A stretch of 43,315 nt of DNA from an uncultured Candidatus Peribacteria bacterium (GCA_964344165.1 CAYFMH010000003.1:1-43315), one strand, 5' to 3'. Numbered from the stretch's first letter, positions 16,509 through 25,875 are shown. Numbers and translations are program-made. Notes: generated from the letters alone by a model not told the origin.

Positions 16509-17276
16509 ATGGCTCCTTATTCGCCTCTTCAAATTCGTCAGTCCCTCAAGATGGTTGGGTTCTCTGATAATGAGATTAAGGTTTTATTATATCTTTTTCA
16601 GAAAAAAAAGGCGACTCCAAAAGAGATTAGTCACCAAACGACGGTTTCTTTTAGTATGACGCAGTATGCATTGTCAAATTTATCTAGAAAAGAACTAGTA
16701 AAATGTCTCCCGAGTAAAAAAGAAGCTGAAGAGTGTTACGAACTTTGCTCAGAAGAAGATTTTTTTAATTGGCTGGACGAGCAAAAAGCAAAGCATGAGG
16801 GAATTTATGATAAAGCCAAAAAGGACGTTCATAATCTTATGTCTATGATGCAGGAGAATTCATGGCAGCCAAGTGTTTTGTATTATGAAGGAAAAGAGGG
16901 GATTATAGAAATTTATGAAGATATGTTGGAAAATGCTCAAAAAGAAATTTATAGTTGGCTTGATATTCCTAGATTGAAAGATGTTTTGGGAGACTATCTT
17001 CAGAAATATATTAAAAAACGAGTAGAAAAAGATATTACTTCTTATGACATTGTTCCAGAAAATGAGATAAATAAAGCTTATGCGCAGAAAAATGAAAAGC
17101 GAAAAGTTAAATTTATAAAAAAGGAAAAACTTCCTATTGATGGAGAGATACGGATTTATGGAGATAAGGTGGCGGTGATAACTTTTCATGAAAAAAAACC
17201 TGTTGGATTTGTTTTTCAGGGAGAAGTTGTAACGGCTTTATTTAAGGCGATTTTCAAAAGTTCTTGGGAAAGTTGA
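16509..17276 (+). CDS. TrmB-like winged-helix transcriptional regulator (255 aa)
   Basis: The N-terminal segment IKVLLYLFQKKKATPKEISHQTTVSFSMTQYALSNLSRKELV looks like a TrmB/MarR-type wHTH. The C-terminal ~150 aa has the size of a TrmB effector domain. Motif-level call only. Confidence 0.45.
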   Translation: MAPYSPLQIRQSLKMVGFSDNEIKVLLYLFQKKKATPKEISHQTTVSFSMTQYALSNLSRKELVKCLPSKKEAEECYELCSEEDFFNWLDEQKAKHEGIYDKAKKDVHNLMSMMQENSWQPSVLYYEGKEGIIEIYEDMLENAQKEIYSWLDIPRLKDVLGDYLQKYIKKRVEKDITSYDIVPENEINKAYAQKNEKRKVKFIKKEKLPIDGEIRIYGDKVAVITFHEKKPVGFVFQGEVVTALFKAIFKSSWES

Positions 17277-17281
17277 GGATT

Positions 17282-18745
17282 TTATTTTTTTCTAAGTCTA
17301 GCTGCAGATTCTCGTGAAATCCATTGAACAAAACGTTTTGGTAAGAAATTAAGAGCTACTGATCCCATTTTTCCCCAAAAAGAACTTTTGGGAGCTGGAA
17401 AAGAAGAAATTCTTCTTTCTCTTATATCATCTTCATTTTTTCGCGTTATTTCACCTTCTTCTTTTTTAAAGATAAAATAAAGCAACTCTTGTCTGCCTTG
17501 TCCTTCAACCTCATAGTCGTTCTCAAATGTTCCACCGGAATCTACTATCGAAAAAAGATATTCTTCTTTATCTCTATCGGGATTGTCTTTTTCTCGAACC
17601 ATATGCCTAATCCTTGAGGAGTCCCGAAAGAATCTAATTTGACCATCGGGATTAAGCCAAGCACTTTTCATAGTTCTATGTTCTGCGGTAGCATCAGTTC
17701 CATGTACATCTACAAATTGGCTTTCTTGGCAGGTGAGCCGAATCCCTTGACCGTCAAAAGTAGCTTTTGGGCCTTTGATAGCAAAAGCCAAATGACCGCC
17801 AGGATTAAGACAGGCCTTACACAATCTAAATATTTCTTGTAATTGATCATCATCAAAGTAATGTAGGGTCGAATGACTGTAGATAATATCTACTGTTTCT
17901 CCATTCTGTTCCATTCTGCTTAAGACTTCGAGCATATCTTCTGTTCTTTCTGGTACCTCAAATCTATCTTGTAATTCTGACTTAAGACCTTCTTTTGTTG
18001 CTTTTAATTTTTTAAGCATATGACCACTTTTATCTACCATTTGAGTCTTTTTTGCTTCTGCTCCCAAAAAAAGTTTTTCATCTCTCCCACTTCCTGGACC
18101 AAGAGAAAGAACGTTTTTTCCTCGGGCGAATGTTAGACCACTTTTCGCTACTACATGCCCTGCAAATTCAGTTGGATTTTTTTTCTCCGCTAATTCAAAA
18201 GTATGCCAAAGTCCCTCTCCAATAGGAGGGATGAGGCCGATTAAACGTAAGTAATTCAACCAATGGTTTGATTCTAAATGTTCATGTCCAATTAAAGTCC
18301 TATTTCTTTCTGATAATTTCTCAGATTTTTTTTCTATATTGATTTCTTTTTCTCTTAATATTGCAGCTTCTACAAAAGATTTTAAAGCTATTTTTGTTTC
18401 AACTTTCCTTCTTATCATATTGGCCACTACTGCTGCAACTGGCTCTTCCAGAAGTTCACGCCCTTTTTTGGAAGCTGCTTTGTCGGATGTATCTTGTAGA
18501 GTATCATTAAGAAATTTCAATCCTCTTCCTGTGCTAACAATTGTATCAACTGCTCCAGAAGTACTTTCAATAACTTCTAATACTTCTTTTTGGAGGGATT
18601 CTAGAAACTCATTTACTTTTTTTTCAGAATTCAAAAAATTCAGGCCAGATTGCTGACTTAATTCCTGAACAATAGAATGTTGGACCTCCTCTATGAGCAT
18701 TTTATAATAAGAGCTTTTATTTGCAATATTGTGAAAAATATTCAA
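17282..18745 (-). CDS. class I SAM-dependent methyltransferase with ~170-aa unknown helical N-terminal domain
   Basis: Motif I-like VLSLGPGSGRDEKLF; VDIIYSHSTLHYFDDDQL; CLNPGGHLAFAIKG. The start is uncertain: 18745 is a TTG, and the first in-frame ATG is at 18700. Confidence 0.6.
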   Translation of the reverse strand: MNIFHNIANKSSYYKMLIEEVQHSIVQELSQQSGLNFLNSEKKVNEFLESLQKEVLEVIESTSGAVDTIVSTGRGLKFLNDTLQDTSDKAASKKGRELLEEPVAAVVANMIRRKVETKIALKSFVEAAILREKEINIEKKSEKLSERNRTLIGHEHLESNHWLNYLRLIGLIPPIGEGLWHTFELAEKKNPTEFAGHVVAKSGLTFARGKNVLSLGPGSGRDEKLFLGAEAKKTQMVDKSGHMLKKLKATKEGLKSELQDRFEVPERTEDMLEVLSRMEQNGETVDIIYSHSTLHYFDDDQLQEIFRLCKACLNPGGHLAFAIKGPKATFDGQGIRLTCQESQFVDVHGTDATAEHRTMKSAWLNPDGQIRFFRDSSRIRHMVREKDNPDRDKEEYLFSIVDSGGTFENDYEVEGQGRQELLYFIFKKEEGEITRKNEDDIRERRISSFPAPKSSFWGKMGSVALNFLPKRFVQWISRESAARLRKK

Positions 18746-19000
18746 TTAGATTAAAAAGTCAAGCTTTTTTTATTAAAAGACAACAAAATTTTAATTTTGT
18801 TTTAATTGTTCAAAGCCTTTTCATAAAAAAACGCATCGCTCTTTTGCTTAAAAAAGAACAATCTTTATTTTTTATTTTTATTTCATTTGGCCTATAAATA
18901 CTCAGAAAAATATTTTTGTCCAATTTTTTCTTAAAAACAAAAATTTTCTTGAAATAAAAAATGAGAAAGCGTAAGAAAGAAAGGGGGATAGATAAGTAAA

Positions 19001-20920
19001 ATGCCTTTTTCTTCTCTCAGGGAACGTATCGAAAAAGATTCTCGTTTTGATCTATCAAAGATCGAGAAGGCTTTTGCGATGGCTCAGGAAGCTCACGGAG
19101 ATCAAAAACGGCACTCGGGGGCGCCTTTTATCAGCCATCCGGTTGCGATGGCCGAGATTGGTTTTGAGATGGGAGGAGATGAAGAGAGTATTATCGCTGG
19201 TCTACTCCATGATACCGTAGAGGATACCAAGCTCTCCCTCGGAAAAATAAAAAAGGAATTTGGAAAAGATATTGCCTTCATTATCGATGGACTTACAAAA
19301 CTAAAAACAACGCTCAAAACGGATGGAGCAGAAGAAAAACAGGCCAAAAATCTGAGAAAAATATTTGAATTTATGGCGGATGATCTGCGGATCGTCGTGC
19401 TAAAAATAGCCGATAGACTTCATAATATGCGGACATTGGGAGCGGTCCCGGTCATGAAACAGATGGAAAAAGCGATTGAAACAATGGAGGTTTATGTACC
19501 ACTGACTAAAATTTTGGGGCTCTGGGAAATAAAAAAAGAAATGGAGGATTTGGCTTTTTCTTATTTAGATCCCAAAAAATACAAGAGTTTGGTACAGCAT
19601 CGAAAAAAGTTTCGATCATACCACCTTCATGATTTCAAAAACGCCGCCCAGATTTTGCAGTCTAATCTGAGTGATTTTTCTATTCCGGCAAAAGTCCAAA
19701 TTGATCTCAAAGGAATTCACGAAATTCACCGTGATGCAGAAAGATCAGAAGTTATTGAGACTGAATATCAGAGAATTGCAATTTTAACCATCCGTTTGCC
19801 GGACGAGGTGGATTGTTTTCAGACGTTGGAAAAAATCCATTCTTTTTGGCGACCTCTCTATTATAACCTTAAAGACTACATTTCTAATCCCAAAGGAAAT
19901 TATTATCGAGCGTTGCATACTTCTGTGATCGGACCAAGGGGCTTGTTTCTAAAAATTCGTATTTTGACAGAGGGGATGTATCAGTCGGCAAGCTATGGGG
20001 TTTTGCCTCAGCTTTTTGATCCAACTCGAAAAAATAAAAAATTTCCCACCCCGGTTTGGCTCAATGATATTTTGACCATGAGTCGCACCGAAAAAAACAA
20101 CAAGATTTTTTTAGAAGAACTAAAAGTGGGAATTTTGGGAAAAAAGATATTTGTGATGAAAAAAGATGGGGCTATGGTCGGTCTTCCAGAAAAAGAAACC
20201 GGAATTGGTTTTGGGATTTTGACCGGGATGGATTTGTCCAAAAAATGGACTTTGAAACTCAATGGGGAGACCTGTCTTTTAAAATCAAAGTTGAACCCGG
20301 GGGATTTTCTTGAAATAAAGGAATCAGAAGACATGGGAGAAGAGCCTCACTGTCTCTGGCTATTGTATTGTAAGACTTATTCGGCTCGTTTGCGTCTCAG
20401 AGAATACCTCCAAACTATTCCAAAAGAAAAAGCAGATCATTTTGGTTCTGAAGCACTTTTGAGAGAATTGGAGCGAGATGGGAGAGGGGATTTTTCGGCT
20501 ATCTCAGACTATATTAAAAAGAAGGCTTTGAGAAAATTTGATTGTCCGAGTTTTGATATTCTTTTGCGACGGATCGGACGAGGGAAATTAAATCCTCATG
20601 AGGTGTATAGAGCTCTTTTTAAGCCAATCTATGAGGAAAATTCTGGGGATTGTTTTCGAGTGCTTCTTAGAGCTCGCCAAGAAAAACCGGGACTGCTCTA
20701 TGAAATTTTGGGAGTTTTTCATCGTTACCATTGTTCACTTCTAAAAATCGAGGGAACTTCTTCAGAGATAAAAGATGAAAACAAAGTTGAAAAAATAGAA
20801 ACAGAGTTTGAAATTGGTTTTCGGATTCTAGAAAAACACCAGTTGTACCCACTCTGTCTGGAGCTAGAGCAAATCCAAAAAGTCGAGAGTTGTGTGGTGT
20901 TACCTTGTGATTGCGTTTAA
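19001..20920 (+). CDS. long RSH paralogue: intact HD hydrolase, degenerate (probably inactive) synthetase
   Basis: The HD motifs are intact: HGDQKRHSGAPFISHP, LLHDTVEDT, LKIADRLHNMRTL. Synthetase positions have diverged. GRxKxxYSIYxKM is replaced by DLKGIHEIHRDA. NGYQSLHT is replaced by GNYYRALHT. E(I/V)QI(R/K)T is replaced by KIRILT. AAHWxYK is absent. TGS- and ACT-like tails are recognisable but diverged. A GGGGGA Shine-Dalgarno-like motif lies ~14 nt upstream of the ATG. Confidence 0.8.
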   Translation: MPFSSLRERIEKDSRFDLSKIEKAFAMAQEAHGDQKRHSGAPFISHPVAMAEIGFEMGGDEESIIAGLLHDTVEDTKLSLGKIKKEFGKDIAFIIDGLTKLKTTLKTDGAEEKQAKNLRKIFEFMADDLRIVVLKIADRLHNMRTLGAVPVMKQMEKAIETMEVYVPLTKILGLWEIKKEMEDLAFSYLDPKKYKSLVQHRKKFRSYHLHDFKNAAQILQSNLSDFSIPAKVQIDLKGIHEIHRDAERSEVIETEYQRIAILTIRLPDEVDCFQTLEKIHSFWRPLYYNLKDYISNPKGNYYRALHTSVIGPRGLFLKIRILTEGMYQSASYGVLPQLFDPTRKNKKFPTPVWLNDILTMSRTEKNNKIFLEELKVGILGKKIFVMKKDGAMVGLPEKETGIGFGILTGMDLSKKWTLKLNGETCLLKSKLNPGDFLEIKESEDMGEEPHCLWLLYCKTYSARLRLREYLQTIPKEKADHFGSEALLRELERDGRGDFSAISDYIKKKALRKFDCPSFDILLRRIGRGKLNPHEVYRALFKPIYEENSGDCFRVLLRARQEKPGLLYEILGVFHRYHCSLLKIEGTSSEIKDENKVEKIETEFEIGFRILEKHQLYPLCLELEQIQKVESCVVLPCDCV

Positions 20921-20984
20921 AAACACCAGTTTTTAGTTTTATGAAAAAAATATAAATCTGTATTCCGAGTTTCGAATTTCGAAA

Positions 20985-21539
20985 TCAGATGTCTTTTTTC
21001 ATCAGGACAGTCCAGCTCATTTTTATGGGACCAAAGTTTTTTAGGACTTCCAAATTGTGAATTTTAGCAGCATTTTCATTTGTGAGAGCGAGATCAGTCT
21101 TGCCTAATGCACAAAGACGAGCGGCAGTGATATTACTTTCAGAAATAATGCATTCTAATCCTTTTGGGATTTCTGAAGAGCAATTGATAAAGGCTTGGAA
21201 AGAAGGGCCAGTTGTTATTTTTTTGTACTCGTGTTTGGATTTTGGATTCCTGGCCAAGACTATTTCGTGACTTTCCGCTATAAAAGCATCAATAATTTCT
21301 ATTTTTCCAAAATGATGAAAAAAAACAGAATTTAACTGCGGGTGGAGAGAGCTAATGATGAACTGATCTAAGTCTCCTTCGACGAGAGCATTAATTCCTT
21401 TTTCTAGGACATCAAACATGATTATCTCTCCGTGTCCGAGAAGCAGATTTTCTAGATAGTATTTGGTCACTTTTTGAGTATCGGAGCCTTCGGGGCCGAG
21501 AATACCAAAAGTACCGAGGGGAAGAGGAGTGTTGGACAT
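20985..21539 (-). CDS. prephenate dehydratase-like (PBP type-2 fold) protein, no ACT domain
   Basis: The layout resembles a PDT domain (FGILGPEGSDTQ ... ALVEGDLDQFIIS ... SESNITAARLCALGKTDLALTNENAAKIHNLEVL), but it lacks the ENxxG-type motif. Weak, memory-based similarity. Confidence 0.35.
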   Translation of the reverse strand: MSNTPLPLGTFGILGPEGSDTQKVTKYYLENLLLGHGEIIMFDVLEKGINALVEGDLDQFIISSLHPQLNSVFFHHFGKIEIIDAFIAESHEIVLARNPKSKHEYKKITTGPSFQAFINCSSEIPKGLECIISESNITAARLCALGKTDLALTNENAAKIHNLEVLKNFGPIKMSWTVLMKKDI

Positions 21540-21565
21540 AATTTTATTTCAGAGAATAGGGACAA

Positions 21566-21593
21566 GTTAAAAGTCAAAAGTTAAAAGTCAAAA
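21566..21593 (+). repeat. tandem heptamer array (GTYAAAA)x4
   Basis: gttaaaa|gtcaaaa|gttaaaa|gtcaaaa, in the divergent spacer between the PDT-like gene and pyrD. Confidence 0.9.
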
Positions 21594-21638
21594 GAAATTA
21601 ATTTATCATAAAAACTGGAAAAACTTTTGTAAGTTATT

Positions 21639-22706
21639 ATGCTTCACTTAATGCAACCGACCTACGATGTGACAAAATCTTATGACTGGAACTATGAAAA
21701 CGGCCCTGTTTTTACTGGCGAGATTCCAGCAAAAAAAGTAACAACAAAACCGGTTAAACTTTTTGACTTTGAATTGAATTCTCCCCTGGGGATTCCAGCG
21801 GGGCCGCTGCTGAATTCTAATTGGATCAAGCTTTATGCGGAGCTCGGATGGGATATTCTGGTATACAAAACCGTTCGATCCATCGAGTTTCCCGCCCATC
21901 CCAACCCAAATTGTATTTTTATTCATACAGATCGACAGTTTGAGCCAACGGATGCGGGATCGGCGATTACGGGTGATTTTGTTGAACCGGATTCGGTCAG
22001 TGGACTGATGATTACCAATTCTTTTGGGATGCCGTCCAAGTCTCCGGATGTCTGGATGGCAGATATTGATAAGGCACATTCTTATCTGTCTGATGGGCAA
22101 GTGATGGTGGTCTCAGTCGTTGGTTCGGTTGGGGTTGAGCGAGAGTTAATCGAAGATTATGCGCACTGTGCGCGGTTGGCCAAGGAAGCCGGAGCCAAGA
22201 TTATTGAAGTGAATTATTCTTGTCCTAATGTGTGCACGGGGGAGGGAGCAATTTTTACCGATGCGGAGACTTCGAGGGCGATATCCAAGGTCGTCAAAGA
22301 AGCGATTGGACCGACACCGCTCCTGATCAAAGTAGGGAATTATATAAATGCAGATTTTATGGAGACGGTTATTTCTGCCAATGCGCCGTATGTAGATGGG
22401 ATTGCGGGGATCAATACGATTGCGATGAAAGTTTATAATGATAAAAAAGAGCAAGCCCTGTCGGGAGAGGGGAGACTGGTAAGTGGGCTTTGTGGAGCAG
22501 GGATCCGTGATGCGGGGCAGAAGTTTACAGAGGAATTGGCCGAAATCCGAAAGAAAAATAAATTTGATTTCATCATCTGTGGAGTAGGAGGGATGATGAC
22601 GCCAGAGGATATCGATCAGCGTTTATCGGCGGGAGCAGATATTGTGATGTCGGCGACGGCCGCGATGTGGGAGCCCGGTCTTACGATGGCTTGGAAAGAA
22701 AAGTAA
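21639..22706 (+). CDS. pyrD: dihydroorotate dehydrogenase family protein (class 1-like TIM barrel)
   Basis: LNSPLGIPAGPL, IIEVNYSCPNV, GIAGINTI, and ICGVGGMMTPEDI plus GADIVMSATAAMW are typical DHOD/DHPD-family FMN-barrel motifs. pyrE lies nearby. Confidence 0.65.
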   Translation: MLHLMQPTYDVTKSYDWNYENGPVFTGEIPAKKVTTKPVKLFDFELNSPLGIPAGPLLNSNWIKLYAELGWDILVYKTVRSIEFPAHPNPNCIFIHTDRQFEPTDAGSAITGDFVEPDSVSGLMITNSFGMPSKSPDVWMADIDKAHSYLSDGQVMVVSVVGSVGVERELIEDYAHCARLAKEAGAKIIEVNYSCPNVCTGEGAIFTDAETSRAISKVVKEAIGPTPLLIKVGNYINADFMETVISANAPYVDGIAGINTIAMKVYNDKKEQALSGEGRLVSGLCGAGIRDAGQKFTEELAEIRKKNKFDFIICGVGGMMTPEDIDQRLSAGADIVMSATAAMWEPGLTMAWKEK

Positions 22707-22725
22707 ATATCGGATGGATAATTCT

Positions 22726-24555
22726 TTAATAACCTTCTTCTTCTTCTTCTAATATTCGTCTAATACTAGCTATTATATTTTCCATGCTTGGACCTTCATT
22801 ATCTAAATCTAATTGTGATAATCTTTTTTTCTTATTTTTTCTTCTAACCGTGCTATCTTCAACTCCTGGATTATTTCTTATTCTTTTTCTTCTGTTGACG
22901 TGAGCATCTATTGCAATGGCATTCATTCTTTCTCGTGCAAGTCGGCGAAATTTTTTTGCCATTGGCCCTTCTACATACCTTGATTCTGACTCATCGGGTT
23001 GTCGATATGGAGGGGTGAGTGAATTTCTAATGGCTTGAATAAAAGCCCCAATATCGTCATCATGTATAGTAAATTCTTCGAGCCCGCCTCTTAGTTGGTC
23101 TAGAGTGGCTCCTTCACTTTCTTTTGCAAGAATTTCTATGATACTTTCTTCAATTTTTTCCTTTTGTTCTTTTAGCCAATCTATGATGAATTTTTTTCGT
23201 CTTTCTATCTTTGGGCGTCTAAATTTGGCAAAAAGGTTAATTCTTCCAGGTCTTTCGGACAAAGCTGGAAGGATACGATGAGGAAAATTTGTTGTGATAA
23301 TCATAAAAATTCCTTCATTATCATCAAAGCTGTCAAGTTCAGCTATCATAGCTTTTCCTATATTATTATCTCCCAATAGATTTTCTCCATCATCTATTAT
23401 AATCTGACAAGGAGCGAGTTTACGAGCGTATGCAAATAGTGAATTTATAGAATTTCCTTCTCCCAAACTTCCTGCGGGGATCACAATGGTGGTCACTTCT
23501 TCTGGGGTTTCTTTTATGATTTTTCGAGTAGTAAGTGTTTTTCCAGTTCCCGGATCTCCAAATAAAACCATTGCGTATTTTTTGACTTTTGGATCCCCTT
23601 CGTAAAAAAGATGCAGTGGGGTGAAAATTTTTGATTCGAGTTCCTCGTCTAGGATTAAGCCTTTGAGGTTATTTTTCTTTGAAATAACAAAGTCTGTAAA
23701 ATTCATACTAACGGTTCGTCCTTTTACATCAGCAACAAAAAGTCGTTCTACTTCTTTTCGGATGAGTTTTTGTAGTTCATCAATTGCTTCCACATCGGCT
23801 TGATTATCTTTTAGCTGTAAAACGGTTCGGCCATTAAATGATTCAGTTGATAAAGTAAATTTAATGCCATCTTTTGTCGTACAAAACCATGTGTACTCGT
23901 GGTACATAGAGGCTGGGCCATCTCGAAAATGTTCTACGCTTTTGTTTCTCGCTCTTCCGTATTTTTCTGTGAATTCTTGATTGATATTTATCGGGGCATC
24001 TGTTAGAGATAAGTTTTCTAGAGCTCGAATAAAATATTTCCAGGGATAACTAGAAGAAACTACATCATTAGTTAAATCATTATCACTTTCTACTCCCAGG
24101 AAGTCATGATAAGCATTGTATGTATTTTTTTCTTTTTCCATAAACCGATCAACTCTCGGTCTGTAGAAATCACGCGAATTAATTCTTCCAATAGTGGTAG
24201 CTTGGGCATGTAATAAGGTAAGATCTCTTGGTGTTGGTGGCGCAGGAGCTATGAGAAAAGGACTATCGGGGTTTCTAAGTCTTTGTACCCGGAGATCTGA
24301 GATGGCAGCTTGAAATGCCTCATCTGATCCATAAATGATCGATGGAGCCACATCAAGCATCTCTTGGAGTACTGGCGGAATCGGTTTTTCAGTTCTTCTC
24401 ATGGGAATATTATTATTTATAAGTGGGTCATCAGGAAACCCAAGGAGTGAATTTATTTCTGATTGTGAAAGCTCTCGAGTGTTTACTACATTTGTTTTTT
24501 CTGAGCCTGCCATCATGGCTTCCCATTCTGCGGCAAGATCATCTTCTTCTGGCAT
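22726..24555 (-). CDS. classical-clade AAA+ ATPase with ~330-aa unknown N-terminal region (609 aa)
   Basis: Walker A is VLFGDPGTGKTLTT. Walker B is QIIIDDGENLL (DD rather than DE). Sensor-1 and SRH are IITTNFPHRILPALSERPGRINLF. AT-rich relative to the flanking pyr genes. Confidence 0.8.
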   Translation of the reverse strand: MPEEDDLAAEWEAMMAGSEKTNVVNTRELSQSEINSLLGFPDDPLINNNIPMRRTEKPIPPVLQEMLDVAPSIIYGSDEAFQAAISDLRVQRLRNPDSPFLIAPAPPTPRDLTLLHAQATTIGRINSRDFYRPRVDRFMEKEKNTYNAYHDFLGVESDNDLTNDVVSSSYPWKYFIRALENLSLTDAPININQEFTEKYGRARNKSVEHFRDGPASMYHEYTWFCTTKDGIKFTLSTESFNGRTVLQLKDNQADVEAIDELQKLIRKEVERLFVADVKGRTVSMNFTDFVISKKNNLKGLILDEELESKIFTPLHLFYEGDPKVKKYAMVLFGDPGTGKTLTTRKIIKETPEEVTTIVIPAGSLGEGNSINSLFAYARKLAPCQIIIDDGENLLGDNNIGKAMIAELDSFDDNEGIFMIITTNFPHRILPALSERPGRINLFAKFRRPKIERRKKFIIDWLKEQKEKIEESIIEILAKESEGATLDQLRGGLEEFTIHDDDIGAFIQAIRNSLTPPYRQPDESESRYVEGPMAKKFRRLARERMNAIAIDAHVNRRKRIRNNPGVEDSTVRRKNKKKRLSQLDLDNEGPSMENIIASIRRILEEEEEGY

Positions 24556-24657
24556 TTTTTAATAAAAAAAAATAAAAAACTGGACCCGAAATTAGATCCA
24601 ATTGTTTTTTTTATTTTTTTTAGTACGGTGACACAGAGCTTACTCAAAAATTCAGAC

Positions 24658-25299
24658 ATGCCAAATATTTCTACCAAAATCGCACAGATCCTCCTCGATC
24701 GAGGAGCTGTGAAAATTAGCCTTGATCCCCCCTTCACTTGGACGAGCGGGATTCTTGCTCCCGTGTACTGCGATAATCGGATTTTACCTTCTTTTCCGAC
24801 TGATCGAGAGACAATTGTTGATGGATTTGTTCAACTCATCAGAGACAAAAATCTAGATCCAGACGCCATCGGGGGGACCGCGACGGCTGGGATCCCTTGG
24901 GCTGCTTTTGTGGCGCAAAAGATGAATTTACCCATGTTTTATGTCCGGCCAAAACCAAAGGCCCATGGAGCGGGGAAACAGATCGAAGGATTCCTCAAAA
25001 AAGGAGCAAAAATTGTGATGATTGAGGATCTTTTTTCGACTGGGGGAAGCTCCATCAAGGCAGCAGAAGCTTGTCAGCGCGAAACGGAAGCAGAAGTTTT
25101 AGGGATTTTTTCTATTGTGACGTACGGCATGGATTCAGCGGAAATAAACTTTAAAAATTCCGGATTTGTGCACGGTTCGCTCACGACATTTCCAGATATT
25201 TTGGAACTACTCCAAGGAAAAGGAGATTTCTCCAAAACAGATGTTGCTCAGATTTTAGAATTTACAAAAGATTCGGAGAATTGGGGAGCATCACTTTAA
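24658..25299 (+). CDS. pyrE: orotate phosphoribosyltransferase
   Basis: FTWTSGILAPVYCDNR, GGTATAGIPWAAFVA, and the PRPP loop IVMIEDLFSTGGSS. The ORF-track start at 24628 is a GTG; the ATG at 24658 (MPNISTKIAQILLDRGAV) is preferred. Confidence 0.85.
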   Translation: MPNISTKIAQILLDRGAVKISLDPPFTWTSGILAPVYCDNRILPSFPTDRETIVDGFVQLIRDKNLDPDAIGGTATAGIPWAAFVAQKMNLPMFYVRPKPKAHGAGKQIEGFLKKGAKIVMIEDLFSTGGSSIKAAEACQRETEAEVLGIFSIVTYGMDSAEINFKNSGFVHGSLTTFPDILELLQGKGDFSKTDVAQILEFTKDSENWGASL

Positions 25300-25643
25300 T
25301 CATCTCCCCCAATGAGAAAATCTTCATCGGGTGTAATTTCCGGTGTTAAGATGAGGCTCGGTGGGAAAGTATCTTGTTCAGGTTCTTCATCATCTTCATG
25401 AAGTTCTGCCTGGATTCTTTGAGCAAATTCAACTTTCATTTGAGGGGTTATCTCTACTTCCTGAGGAGGGGGTGTTGAATCATTTCCTTTAGCACTTATT
25501 TCTATATCATCTATTCTTATTATTGTCTGAGTATCGTCTTCTTTTGGTTTTTCAGTCTCAAAAACAAATTTCCCTCTTTTTTTTGTCAGACCAAAATCAT
25601 GCCTCAAAAGTTTCATTTTAAAATAATCTAAAAAATACAACAT
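25296..25643 (-). CDS. hypothetical acidic protein (115 aa)
   Basis: ORF converging on pyrE with a 4-nt overlap. A TTGACA-17-TATCAA promoter-like motif lies just upstream. No family recognised. Confidence 0.4.
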   Translation of the reverse strand: MLYFLDYFKMKLLRHDFGLTKKRGKFVFETEKPKEDDTQTIIRIDDIEISAKGNDSTPPPQEVEITPQMKVEFAQRIQAELHEDDEEPEQDTFPPSLILTPEITPDEDFLIGGDD

Positions 25644-25846
25644 TCTTGATATGGTATGTTGAAATATTTGTCAAAATTTTTTAAATGGTATTTAAGTCTT
25701 CCAAGAGTTGGGCTTTTGCCATTTTCACTTCTTTGGCATGTGAATCTTCTATTTTTTTTGTTTTTTGTTGAATTGTGTCATTTTATCAAAAATAAAGAGA
25801 TATAGCAACTTTTTTTCTCAAAATTCCAAAAAAAAATGAGAAAAAG

Positions 25847-25875
25847 TTGACATTTGTGATCAAATCGATGAAAAT
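25847..25875 (+). promoter_or_regulatory. candidate sigma70-type promoter for secE-nusG-rplKA
   Basis: TTGACA (25847-25852), a 17-nt spacer, then GAAAAT (25870-25875), ~24 nt upstream of the secE ATG. Confidence 0.35.

Noticed and set aside
20950-20984. The TTTCGAATTTCGAAAT palindromic run lies between the convergent RSH2 and PDT-like genes and might be a bidirectional terminator.
   Set aside because: The stem would be short and nearly all A/T, with no flanking T-run on either strand, which is not convincing as a terminator.
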